Shown here piece after piece: positions 11,999-23,908 of a stretch of DNA of 64,000 nucleotides. Source of the DNA: Lepidodermella squamata (lineage: Eukaryota; Animalia; Gastrotricha); assembly GCA_047495785.1 (NCBI GenBank), contig JBLDXI010000024.1, forward strand, positions 1,612,001 to 1,676,000. Reading direction: 5' to 3'. Position 1 is the first letter of the stretch. Every line of letters starts with the position of its first letter. The position numbers and the translations under genes are program-made. The notes beneath the pieces were generated by a model. That model saw only the letters and a list, made by a program, of their open reading frames with translations, did not search any database and had not been told where the DNA came from.

Positions 11999-13792
11999 AT
12001 GGCAAGTGGGAGGCACCTGAAACTGCCGCGAAAAATGCCATCGCCAGGTCATAATAATTACGCGGCCATCCACCGGTACCAGCACCAACGCCGCATGCCA
12101 ACCTCCTACCTAATATTAGCCGGCATCAGTTTCACGAGTTGCGTCTTCCTGAGTTGGTACACCCTGGACAAGAACAGTTTATACCTACCAGAATTGCAGC
12201 ACTTATTTCAACGCGATGTCCTATCATCGTTGCCCATCGGTCTGCTCGATCCTAATTCGACCTATATCATGGCTGATGGACAGCGAATCCGGGTGGCGCC
12301 GAATAAACGCGGACAAATGATGCCCAGTGACAGCTATATGGCCGATTTGTTCGAGAGACGAAAACGGCACGTTGAAATGATATGCCGGCGGAGATATCCG
12401 AAGCAACGTATCAGTCACCCTCAAGTTCTTCTTACTCGAAGTGGAAAGCCTTTCAATATGTAAATATTTTAGAATTTTCTCGATATTTATTGCATTTTTC
12501 GCTATTTTTATAGGCGACTTCCTGCCAATATGCTCGTAAGCGACCCGCTCAAACTAGTCTTCTGCAGGTAATTTTTTGATAATTTTGTATTCCTCCTTAA
12601 TTTATTTCAATTTATTTATTTAGCATACCTAAAGTTGCTTCCTCTAATTGGCATGCTTATTTCGAAAAATTGAGTCGAAATTATTCTTTCACCGGTGTTA
12701 ACGTGACGCAAAACGAGTCAATACCCGTATTGCGGTCGATTCAAAGCTACTCCCCGGCCGCCTCGAAGGCAATACTCGAAAATTACCGAAAGGTGATGTG
12801 GGTGCGCGAGCCGCTGTACCGGCTCATCTCGGCGTGGCGCGATAAGTTGAGTGTTTACAACGCCTACTATTCAAAAGTTGTCGGCTCGGTAATTATCAAG
12901 TCTTACCGGCCGAATGCAACTGATGCCGAGGTCAAAGCCGGCTATCCGTCGACGCTGCTAGAATTTTTCTCTTATTTGAAAAACCAACAACGAACGCGGT
13001 ATGATGTTCACTGGTACGTTTTTAATTATATAACGAGAAATTACGCATAGTGTATAAAGAAAAGTACCAGATGCACACACCACTCATTGATTCATTCATA
13101 GTATTTCTCGCACCGCCATTGTTTACTTTAGCGTGAGCGAGCGTGGGTTGCACATTTTAGTCACCATAGCCGTCTTAGTGAATGTATTGGGGATATAGCT
13201 CAGTGGTAGAGCATTCGACTGCAGATCGAGAGGTCCCCGGTTCAAACCCGGGTGTCCCCTACTATCTTTTTCGCCTTGTAAATATTTCAATATTTTTAAA
13301 TAATTTTTTACTAAATCAGAAATATTTTAAGGCGGATTTTTTATAATGCGTTTCATGAAATTTACCTATAGCTTAAAAATTAGTGTTTTATCTATTATCA
13401 CCTTGAAAAAAGTGAAAAATTTTGTAACAATTTTCTTGATGATAGCTGATTGCTGACCACAAAAACTGATAATAATTCGGCAATTTTACTGATTTTTTTA
13501 TTTTTTAAGGCGGCCTTATTATTTTGCTTGCTCACCGTGCAACTTGCCACTGATGACTTTTGACTATATCGGCCACCTTGAGGGCATCAACATCGAGGCC
13601 GACTACGTCATGCGGCAGCTGACCGGACGCGACGATTATCCGGCGTTTCCGAGCGGCTACAAAAACCAAACATCGGAAGCCATTTTACGAGAGGCCCTGT
13701 CAAAAGTGCCATCCAGCCTTGTCGAGCAGGTTTTACGCAATTACCAGATTGATTACGATTTGTATGGCTACGATAGGCCAAATATTTACTGA
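11999..13792 (+). CDS. Carbohydrate sulfotransferase, tandem paralog; exons ~11999-12459, 12514-12568, 12624-13013, 13510-13792
   Basis: TM segment LILAGISFTSCVFLSW, FC|SIPKVASSNW, WVREPLYRLISAWRDK, YDVHW, FDYIGHLE and YQIDYDLYGY. Shares two intron positions with the upstream paralog. Confidence 0.92.
13189..13260 (+). tRNA. tRNA-Cys(GCA), intronic
   Basis: GGGGATA/TGTCCCC acceptor stem, D-arm GCTC-AGTGGTA-GAGC, anticodon loop CT-GCA-GA and T-loop GGTTCAAACCC. T5 Pol III terminator at ~13267-13271. Confidence 0.97.
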
Positions 13793-14431
13793 TTGTCAGC
13801 ATAAATAATAATAATAATATATTATACACGCTTTCTACTCGCTTTCAGTCTGAGAAAACTGTTTTGTAGCCGGAATTTTCATATCGATAGTGACTTTTCT
13901 AGACACTTGTGGTACTTATTTGCGCCATTTTCTCTCTGCTTGAACATTTTCGTTGGAATTTTGTAGCCTGAAGAAGTCGGACTCGGTATTATATAGCGAC
14001 GATAAACAAGACGAAAAAAACACAATAAAAATATGAAACGCTGCCACGGGTTTGGTTTTTTTTTATTGCAACAGTTTAAGCTTAAAAATTGAAATATTAT
14101 CGAATATATCGTAAGAGCAGTGACATGGAATGCGGTTGAGATTCGGAACAACAACAAAAGGCAAAAAGATTCCATTTTTTTATATGATGGTAATAATATT
14201 ATTATTGATTGAAAACAAAATTTCGAGATATAAAAAATTAAAATAAGCTGCGAAATCGCACATTCACAAGGCAAGCAAAAAGCGGCTAAAATCAGACGAG
14301 CTTCAGAGATGCTTTCAAAATCGAAAATTCAGCTACTTTCAAATATTTTCGAATTTCCGCACGTCACCGTAAATCGTTAAAATAGCCTTACCGAAATAGG
14401 CCTGGAAGCCCATTTAACCATTAGAATATCA

Positions 14432-14612
14432 TTTAGCGGAACCAAATATCAAAACTTGGCATCAAAAACTCGTTTTTGACAATGTTTTTAACAATTCAGA
14501 ATTTAATTACAATTTCTATGGAGATTTCTTCAGATCTGAGAATAAAATTTCAGAAAATTAAAAAAAACGCTTTGTGCAATTTAATTAATCATTTAAATTT
14601 GGTTCCGCTAAA
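14432..14612. mobile_element. Short MITE-like element, 16-bp perfect inverted ends; related copy at 55732-55974
   Basis: TTTAGCGGAACCAAAT (14432-14447) and ATTTGGTTCCGCTAAA (14597-14612). Confidence 0.65.
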
Positions 14613-14709
14613 ATTAAGACCTTAAATTATACTATAATTAGCAGCTTAGTCCAGGTAATTAGGTCGTATAGTCAGAAAAAAATTGAAAAACTGCACAGCT
14701 AAAATGAAA

Positions 14710-17700
14710 TTAATTTAAATTGCTAGATCGGCTATGAGGTCCCAGCGCGAGTAAGGACGTCGTTGCGGTTACATTCGGCGGCGTTCCGGCGCGAAATTGC
14801 TCCAAGGCGTAGTTATTGTCACCCAGCGGCGCCGATTTCTGATGCGAAAAATCAGCCGGATCCGGAAATTTCACCCCGCTCAACGGCACGGCTTCATGCC
14901 GCTTCGACGACTGCTTTAAGGCGGATTTCGGCGGTTTATTCTCGCACTGCACCTGGGACTGGCTTTTCGAGGGCGTTTGTGGCGGTTTTGATTGAATGTA
15001 ATCAATCAACTTGATCTGCTGCTGAATCGTAGTTTCCAGGCGATATTTCTCGATGTTATGCGCCGACTCGGTCTGGGCTAAATTCCTTTGAAGGGCGTCA
15101 CGTTCATGCGTTAAACGCTCCAGCCTAGCGGCTAGATCTTCGCGTAGATTTTCTGAAATCTGCAATTTCTCATCTGTTTCATCGAGACGAGTTCGCAAAT
15201 CTTGACATGCCGATTCGAGCTCGGCAATTCTCGACCGAGTATTTTTCAAATCGCACTCGGCCGAAACCTTTTCGGAGTTGAGTCTCGACAGCTCCATGGT
15301 TAACTCGTCGTTGCGTTTTCGAGCCGCTTCGAGGTTTGAAGTCAAGGCGCTCTTCCAGGACGCCTCGCTCGTTTGATTCACGGTTGCCGATGATCGCAGT
15401 TCTTTCAACTCGCGTTCGGCAACAATTCGTCGGTCTCGCTCGTTGTCGAGGACTTTGCGTTCTTTAGTCGCTAGAACTTCGATTCGAGAAATTTCCATGG
15501 CGATGTCAGCGATATCTTTCTCCAGCGAGGAATTCCGAGCTTCGGCTGTGCTTAATTTACGCTGGATTAGGCCGAGTTCTTTCGCCATTTCGTCACGGTT
15601 TTCTCGCTCAACTTCAGCGTTCTGCAATGAAATAAATCAATCAATCACAATATTTAATGACGAGAATGATAATCCTTTATTTGGGCAGACCGTCAAAACA
15701 GCAAGTACACAAGACTGCAAACGCAACAAAACAGCGAATTTTTCACTTTGCGACATAACAGCAGAAATACGGTGCATCTCTTACATAGTAAGTTTTTGCT
15801 GTTTTGTCTAAAAATAAAAAATTTGCTGTTTTGTTGCATTCGCTGTTCTGCGAAGTTGCTGTTTTGTCGCCGTACCTTTATTTGCAGTAATTCTTGAAAA
15901 CGGATAAATTCGGGTTGCGAAGTAAAATCTCATATTTTATTGGACTGATGATATCCAAAGTTTATCAGTCCAATATTGTATCCGAAAATTCACTAATTTG
16001 TAAAATCGATACTTATTGGAATTGGCTCCTAGGCTGAGATGTAACTCGAAAAATGACCATTCATAGCGCAAAAATTGAATTCCGGTTTAAAACGATAAAC
16101 TCGAAAAACCATATTTTGGGAAAATTGGGCTAGAACATTAGGGGAAATATCGAATTTTGACAATTTTTCCGAAAATGCGAGAAAATCAAAAAGTGAGCGC
16201 GCTATTCTAGTTCTTGGCTATCCAAAGCATTCCGATTTTTCTCCATAATTTAGGCGTTCAGGCTTGGAATTCGGAAATCAGCAAAGTAATCAGAATTTTC
16301 GCTTTCCATCATTTAGCTGGATTTTTCGATTTTATGTATTCGCCTTCAATAATTTCTTGAAAAATGCCACTACCCCTTCAAAATAGAATTCTCTTATTCA
16401 ACAATTTTCTGCAATTTTTCCCCATTAGGCTACTTGGGAACCACCGAATCCACAAAATCGCTATTGGCTCGGCTGAAAATTGTCGAAGCCCGCGTTTTTT
16501 TTAGATTTTTCAGCATCTTCTGTTATTTCTCAAAAAGTGGAAAAATCTCCCAAAAACAGAAAATTCAGGACTTTCTTTCTTTTCGAGGAATAAAAATGCT
16601 GGAAAATCTATCAAATCGCGTGCTTCAACAATTTGTAGTCGAGCCAATTTCATTGCTCTAGAACACGCACTGAGGTGTTTGAAGCTGAACCCTATGTCTA
16701 ACCTTTTTCGCCTCAGCAGCAGCTTCTTTAGCAGCGACCAGTTCCAGTCTAAGAACCTCAAGTTCCCTGCGCAAATCGCGCTCAGCTAGGCCTTGCTCCG
16801 ACCTCAGCTTCTCACACTGGCGCCGGGCTGCCTCCAACTCAGTCTCGGCCTCAGTCAACGCTTTCCTCAACCGATTCGCCATAGCTTTCGACTCGTCCCG
16901 GTTCCGCTCCAACGACCCGATTTGCTTGTTCAACTCCGCAATGTGCTCGGTCGACTCCTTCTCCAGCGCCTCAAATTTCTGCCGGTAACTAGCCGGTTTC
17001 TCGTCTTGAAGAGACGGCGAAGTCCCAACAGCTGTCGAAACCTTCGAAACAGCCAAATTTTCGTTCCTAACCGAGTAACGAGGCAAATTTTGACGGTGCT
17101 CCTTCTCCCGCATCTCCCGTTCTCGTTCTTCCAGTTTCGCCGAAGTCCTCTGAAGTCGCTGTTCGAGTAGAACGACCTTCGTCTCCGCATCAGCGAGACG
17201 ACTCCTCAGCCCAGTGATTGTCTGAGCGCGTTCTCTAGCGTCGCTAAGCTCGTTTTCAAGGCGCGCGATTTCAGCCTTTGCAGATGCGAGTTCAGACCCC
17301 ATTTTGCGTTCATGACTCGCGTTTTCACTGCGTAAGTCATCCATTTTCCGGCGGAGCTCCCGGCTTTCGGCCTCAGCCGCTCGCAGACGACTCGTTTGAC
17401 CTTCCATATCGCGAATTGAGCTCTGGCGCTGCAAGGTCACCTGTTGCGCGCGCTCTTTCGCCACTGATTCAGTTCGCTTCAGCTGCTCGGTTAAGGCGGA
17501 TTTTTCTTCGTTAAGTGACTCGACTTGCTCGCGCAGGGTCGATAACTGCTCGAGGAGACCGTCCACGTCAATGCCGTTGCCGTCTTCCGTTTGCGTATGG
17601 GCGGGTGTTGCGGACAGGTGGGAACAATTAGCCACACTTCGGACCTAAAAAAAAAATAAAAAAAAGAAATCGTGAGAATGGAATGTTTTAAATATGATTG

Positions 17701-20700
17701 TAATCAATTTAAAATTGGTGTTAGGCGAGATTGGTGTTAGCCTTTTCAATGAAAAAGAGGCTAATAGCCATCCTGGTTGCCGAAAAGAGTAACTTTTGAC
17801 AAAAATTCAGAATTTTGGGAATTTTTCTATTTTAGCCTGATTTTTGACAGTAAAACGCCTTGTCTAAGGCGTCGATTACATTCTAGCGAGCCCTCAGATC
17901 TCGTTGGTATCGCGAGTAAAGGTGCCAAGTGCATTTTTCATAATTTTCCAGGAGACGAAAAAAACGTGTTTATTCCAAATTGATCCGGTATTTTTTCTCA
18001 TGGCTTGGAACCCGGCGGTATTATGGGGCGAGAAATGCGATGGCATGGTTCGTTTCACGTGAAAATTGCTTCCGCGTGAGATCAGGTGTACTTGGCACCT
18101 TTAACCAAAATACGCATGCAAAAAACGATGACGCAACAATGCATCACACAATAAAAAAATTTTTTAAACCCGAATGCAATAAATTTGCTCATTTTTAGTT
18201 AGTTTCCAGCATGAATTCGACCATTATTTTATGATTTCGCGATGAATTTTTTTACATAGTTCGATTCAGAAGGCTAATGCGATCATTTTGGTGTAAATTT
18301 TTTGTAATTCGGATGAAATTTGCACTTGGCACCTTTGACTTGCGAAGGGTATTTTGAGAAACGGAGGTCACCATTCGATCGGCCGTATCAACTTTAGTAA
18401 GAATCCATCATAAAAACGTTTTCCGAAAAAATGTCACTTGGCACCTTTACTCGCGATACCGACGATCTAGTGCCTCCTTTGTTTCGATATCGTCATGTAT
18501 CGAGAGCATCGAAGCGGAAAACAGATTTCCAAACTGCTGAACAAACGCTTCGAACTGCAAGTGGGACAACTGTTAATGCGGGCCGCGACTCAGGGGCTAT
18601 ACCATCGAGTCTTCTACTATCAACTGCAGCGGTGTTAAGCGCAGCGGCCATTATGGTGTCCGAAGTCGCTAAAACAAGGCCGGACAAGCAGTCGCTGTCA
18701 AGTCAAGTCTACATTGAAAGAAACCCTTTTCCGCAGACCGGTGAAATCCTGGTTCAACCGCCCGGAAAAAAGAAAGGTGTTATGCCAGCCTGGAGAGGTA
18801 ATCACTAGCAAGGAGGCTCGTCTGCGGTTTTTAGCAGAACAGCGGAAGAAGGAAGAAGAGGAGGCTGTAAGCGAACTAAGAAAGGTCGACTACAGTTACT
18901 ACGTCGCTTCAGCCAATCGGAGATACAACCGCCGATCCAGCTACCCAATCTCAGAATGGATTGAAGAATTGCTTCTGACCAAAAATAATTTGGCTATTCT
19001 TCAGAGCACGAAAGGATGGGTTAATGATAGGATTAAGGACGCGTCCAAGACTTCGTTCGCGAGATTCTACCTCCAGTAGTCGATGGACTGCAGATTCTCA
19101 CTCATTCGGATATCATTTTAGTGTATTCCATGGTGAGGAATCTTGCAAGATAATCTGTAAGGATATGCCGGCTGGCTCACTGCATGATCGAATTCGTGAA
19201 GCCTTGCCCGATCAACATCGATCGCAAGCAGTTATGTGAAGCTAATGGAATTCTGCTCTACGAAAATTTCATCCACGTCCCAGTCGCCCTGCGTCTCCAA
19301 GTTTTTAGGAGCCGGCAGATCCTTGCATAATCAAACATTTTCAAACTTAATTTTCACCGGAGTCAGTCAAGTCGACGAAGATTCCAAGGAAGATATGGCG
19401 TTAGACATTGAAGTGCCGATTTTCATCGAGGAAGTCCGAGCTCGGCCATTAATCTGGGACGCCGGCAATGAGGAACACTCAAATCGAGACAAAACACAGA
19501 AGCCTGGGTGCAGATCGGCGAAAAAAAGAACTAGTAACCCGAAATCGCCAAAAATCGGTGGAAATCTCATTCTAAATACTAGAAAAAATTGCGCGCAGCT
19601 CAAGAAAAGCCCGAAAAATCCTTTCGGTATTTTGACAGCAGGATCTGGGTGTCAATTTCTGCAGGGGCGATTGCAACCCGAAGCCACTACCAATACAATT
19701 CTGGCTGCTGTTTGCTTAAATAACTTTCTGATTAACGATAATGCCTCATTATTTATCGCCATCCTTTGAACAAAACTGGCCAGTTTTGTTCAGTTTGCCA
19801 GTTGGCTCGAACACGTTTTGAGGTCAAATTTAGATTTGCAAATCTAAATTTGACCTCATAACGTGTTCGAGCCAACATATCAGGTGAAAACTTGCGGGCA
19901 ATGTTTTTCAAGTCATCAGAAACAACGTGCACTTAATGTAAACATTTCCATAGCAACGCATGTGTCTCCTTGTCTCTGCGATTTATGAATGCAATTTTGT
20001 TTCTCTTGTCTCTCCATTTCCCTCCGTTTCTCTTGAGGAAAGTTTAATACTCATGTGGATCCACTTAAAAAGTCAGAATTTTGTTTACAGCCCGGGATTA
20101 AGGAGGATGGGAGAGGTCACCCAGAGTTCTAAAACTGGGTTACTTATTTAAAATTCGCGATAGAAAAAACTTTTTCAGGTCAACAGTAAGCCAAGAATCA
20201 TTCTATTTCATATTTTCTCACCTGTAACTGCCTCCTGACGTCAGAAAGCTGATTTCTAACAGCTCGCTCGAGATTTTCCAGCTCACGACGTTGCAGCGAG
20301 ACCTGTCGCGTCAACAGCGCATTTTCCGCCATTTGCTTAGTCAAATCTCGCTCCAACATGTCGCGTTGAAGTTGAACTTGCTCGAAAATTGCGACTCGCT
20401 GCGAAATTTCCTCACGCAGTGCCGCTATCATGCGATCATTTTCATGCAAACGGCGCAACATATTCGAACAATCGCGGTTGAATTCTCCAAAATCCGGGTC
20501 GTTCTCGCCGTCGGTTTGAACGCCGTCATCAGACGTGACCATTCGCTCCTTCTTAACTGACGAGCAAGACGGAGTTTTGCACTGTTTAACAGCCTCTGAT
20601 CTCGCGAAATTGAACCCGGCCATGGTATGGCTATCAGTCGAATCTCGCGTCGACTCATTTTTAGTCGGGCTCTGATTCTGAGGCTTGTTGTCGTGCTTAG

Positions 20701-21880
20701 AAGGCGGCGGGAAGTATTTTGTGTCATCTGGGCCGGATAATTGCGGCGAAAACGGCGGCTTCATCGAGCGCAATTTGTCGAAATTCAACCCGGCGAAAAA
20801 TGCATGGCCTCTTATCTGGTTGTAACCAAGTCGCTTGTTCGGAGCGGTTAACAAGTGGCGAATCATTTGTTTCAATTCAACTGAAACATTAGCAGGTTTC
20901 TCGCCTGAGGTCGATTCGGCTGTTTCCGGGAAACGAAAATACTTGTCGTAGTTCATGATTTTGTTGAAGAGCGCCATTTGCGAATCGTCTTCAAATGGCG
21001 TACAGCCGTAGACCATTTCAAAAGCTAGAACGCCAAATGACCACCAATCGCATTCAACTCCGTAACTGTGAGCAGTAGCCTTTTGCTCGATAGATAACAA
21101 AACCTCAGGAGAAACATATTCCGGCGTTCCAACGACCATTCTAAAGAAAAACACCTCAATTTCCAAATTTCGGATGGAAGTTTAGTTATTACTTTGCTGA
21201 AACCTTTCCATCTTGAGACAACTTGGCCGCAGAGCCGAAATCACCAAGACAAATGTGACCAGCTTGATCAAGAAACAGATTTTCTGGCTTGACGTCCCTG
21301 TGAACTATACCGAAATTCCGAATGTGAAAGAAAATCAACAACAAAAATTCGAAAGCAAACCATAGCTTAGTGAATGCAAAGCATGAATAGCTTGGCAAGC
21401 TTCGGCGAGATAAAATCTGGCGGTCTTTTCGTCGAAACAGTCATTGCTCCTGAGAAGTAATTGCATCAAGTCACCACCCGGTAGAAAATCCATGACAAAG
21501 TAAGCTGATGATGCATCGTAAAACGAATACTGCAGTTTAACGAGCCACTGGCTAGTAGCTCGGGCCATGATGTCTCGTTCGACAAACAAATGTTCTACCT
21601 AGAAAGGATGGAATCATCTGAGTGATAGTTGAATGTGGGTAGTTGAAGCTTCTTACATTGTTGTTGCGTAGGTATTTCAGCTTGTCAACCTGCTTTAGCG
21701 CGAAAAACTGGTCGGCAGTCTTGTCTTTGGCGAGATAAACAAAACCAAAGTGGCCACTTCCAATGAGTTTTAAAATCTCGAAATCCGATATCGACGATGC
21801 AGGCATTTGCTGCGTATCGCGTAATATACTAAATAATGAATCAGGTTAATATCAAACATTCAGATGATAACTAACTGCAT
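14710..21880 (-). CDS. CIT: Citron/sticky-like AGC kinase with long coiled coil
   Basis: Kinase motifs IGSGHFG, FALK, MDFLPGGDL, VHRDVKPEN, DFG and VGTPEYVSPE, then an AGC C-tail (PPFSPQLSGPDDTKYF). Coiled-coil exons 16703-17644 and 14710-15621 contain EKYRLETTIQQQIKLIDYIQSK, matching the Citron-type motif [22 protein letters not shown]. Long introns 15622-16702 and 17645-20221. Start codon uncertain (21880 or 21806). Confidence 0.8.
15688..15875. mobile_element. Small foldback/MITE with imperfect long inverted repeats
   Basis: CAAAACAGCAA...GCAACAAAACAGCGAATTT mirrored by AAATTTGCTGTTTTGTTGC...TTGCTGTTTTG. Confidence 0.55.
17902..18464. mobile_element. MITE with ~30-bp TIRs and 4-bp TSD (ATCT)
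   Basis: CGTTGGTATCGCGAGTAAAGGTGCCAAGTG vs CACTTGGCACCTTTACTCGCGATACCGACG (1 mismatch). ATCT at 17898-17901 and 18465-18468. Internal ACTTGGCACCTTT copies near 18090 and 18325. Confidence 0.88.
18714..19769 (+). mobile_element. Decayed DNA-transposon coding debris (PIF/Harbinger MADF and DDE fragments; possible pogo-tail and Ulp1-like fragments)
   Basis: IFIEEVRARPLIWDAGNEEHSNRD is a MADF/Myb-SANT start. NPFGILTA...ILAAVCLNNFLI resembles the DDE_Tnp_4 C-terminus. KGWVNDRIKDA...DGLQ weakly resembles Ulp1. Frameshifted and antisense within the kinase intron. Confidence 0.65.
19801..19876. repeat. 76-bp near-perfect loopless palindrome
   Basis: GTTGGCTCGAACACGTTTTGAGGTCAAATTTAGATTTG|CAAATCTAAATTTGACCTCATAACGTGTTCGAGCCAAC; 37 of 38 pairs match. 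Confidence 0.95.
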
Positions 21881-23020
21881 TTCTTCAACTTATGACTAGA
21901 AGGTGTAACACAATAACACCGTAACCGGTTCAAAATTTCAAATCCCAACGTTTCCCTCATCCAACATACTACAGAATTTGCCCTCGACTTGACCTAGATG
22001 TGGATTGCAAGAAAACACAGCCTCAAATGTCAACTGCTTTTTGCCGATATTCGAATAAGTTTAGGATGAAATGAGGCTGAATACTGAGTAATAAAGCACG
22101 TATTTATTGATGAACTGCATGTTTCTAGTCAGAACAGATAACAGATTCAGTTTTCCAATCATCATATATCTACAATATATAATCATACAACTACATCTAC
22201 GATGGCATAGATGGAGGTGGGAGGATTTGAAATTATTGCTACCCACTACCCAGTAAGAGAAAAACGGTCTAGTTGATAATTGATCATGTAAGGCTCAATC
22301 AGAAAGATTTAAACGGCACAGAAAAGCATTGAGTAAAAGCCAGATAAAGAATGGAGTGTAGATACAAGATGGCAGTGAGAGATACGTGTTACTAGATGCT
22401 AGATACCAGGACGGGCAACAGGTCCGCAGCCAAGGCCGCATGATCAGGCCGCAAGCGCTTCACAACATTTTTTGAAATAACCGCCATTTTGAACATAATA
22501 TTCAAAATTATTATATATCTGAATTTTTTTCAATATGAGCATAAATAAACACATAAATGTGAAAGCCAAAGCATTGCAGTATTGATTATCTTGGCAACGA
22601 TTTCCATGGTAACGCAATATCATAATCTAAGCTTGAAACAGGGCACGAAGGCCCAACACATGGTTGTTACATGATACTTGCGCTGCATTGTTATATCATT
22701 ATGTAAACTGATATCATTACGCAACATGAATAATCAGACTAAACTTTGTTCAATGCGATTGCTGATGAAATATTTATGTACAGGTGGAGCACCATGTTCT
22801 GCAGCCATTTGCCGAATAACAGTTGCGAGAATTGGAAGGCTTGGGGAGTGTCTTTTTTGTTTAAAAGCTGGTTTCTGAATAAAATTATCATCATTTGTAG
22901 AAGTCTTATTTTCATTATTTTCAATCGTCAACCATGCCAAGGGGGATGTTTTTAATGAAGTTTTATTGTTACGAATCTGTTCGCATTTTACGATTGCTCG
23001 GAGATGAATTTACATTCTGA

Positions 23021-23410
23021 CTACTCTTGTTCGGTCATCATGTCGTGAGCCATCATTTGCGCCCACATATAAAACGCCGAACTGTTGGTGCAAATCGCCA
23101 ACGAGTTGAAGGTTTTCATGCACTTCTCTAGCCTTGCTTTTTGTTTCTGGGCCCTGATTTGCTTCGACAACTGGTTTATGGCGGCCATGTCGTTGTTCGC
23201 TATGTACCTCCAGATGGTTTCCTCTGTAATAAAGTGGTAAAATGTTAGGCCAATGTTTTGTCTACTTTATTAGGTTGACATACTCATTCGTTCCTTATCT
23301 TCCTCTCCTCCATCTAAAGAGCCATCAATACTCAAAGGATTAGCCGATACCGATTCCATCACCACTAGCACTTGTAAAACGGTTAGTATTATAGCGGCGT
23401 TAAGTCTCAT
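23021..23410 (-). CDS. Small secreted protein / candidate peptide precursor, 109 aa, 2 exons (23284-23410, 23021-23223)
   Basis: Signal peptide MRLNAAIILTVLQVLVVMESVSA and a 60-nt GTATGT...TTACAG intron. Exon 2 encodes ETIWRY...EKCMKTFNSLAICTNSSAFYMW...EQE*. TATATA lies ~45 nt upstream. Confidence 0.75.
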
Positions 23411-23908
23411 GTCTTCAAAACCTAGACAAGACCTAGTATAGATTGAAGTAAGTATATACATATGAATAATGAAAATCTCCCCTAATCAATCACGGGTCAT
23501 TTTTATTGCGCCATTTATTAAAGGAACTTTTCCGAGACGCAGTCAAGTGAGCAAATTCTGAGGCACTTCCTGAGCTGCATTGTTATTGGCAAACCGGTCA
23601 GCTGATCACTAACGTAATTATACATTTCAAAATTTGGCACCGAGTACAAGCATTATTACACCTAAAAGAATCAGCAAAAGTAAAAAGAAATGCAAAAAGA
23701 GTTTTTGTAGTGTTTCTGATCCGTTTATTTTCTCTACTAAATTAAATGCATAAATATATTCAGGGCATGTAGAGAATGATCATGAAATTTCATATCGAAT
23801 GATATCGCATGATTCTCTTCAATCCGCTTTGGAGAGTGCGATTCTCACGAGCCAAGAGTGATAAATAAAAAGCGACGTTGATATCGCATTATAGCCGAGG
23901 CTTATCCC

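Noticed and set aside
13879-14274. 131-aa minus-strand ORF as a possible extra Citron exon
   Set aside because: AT-rich, Phe/Ile/Leu-biased, TTG start, and no C1/PH/CNH motifs.
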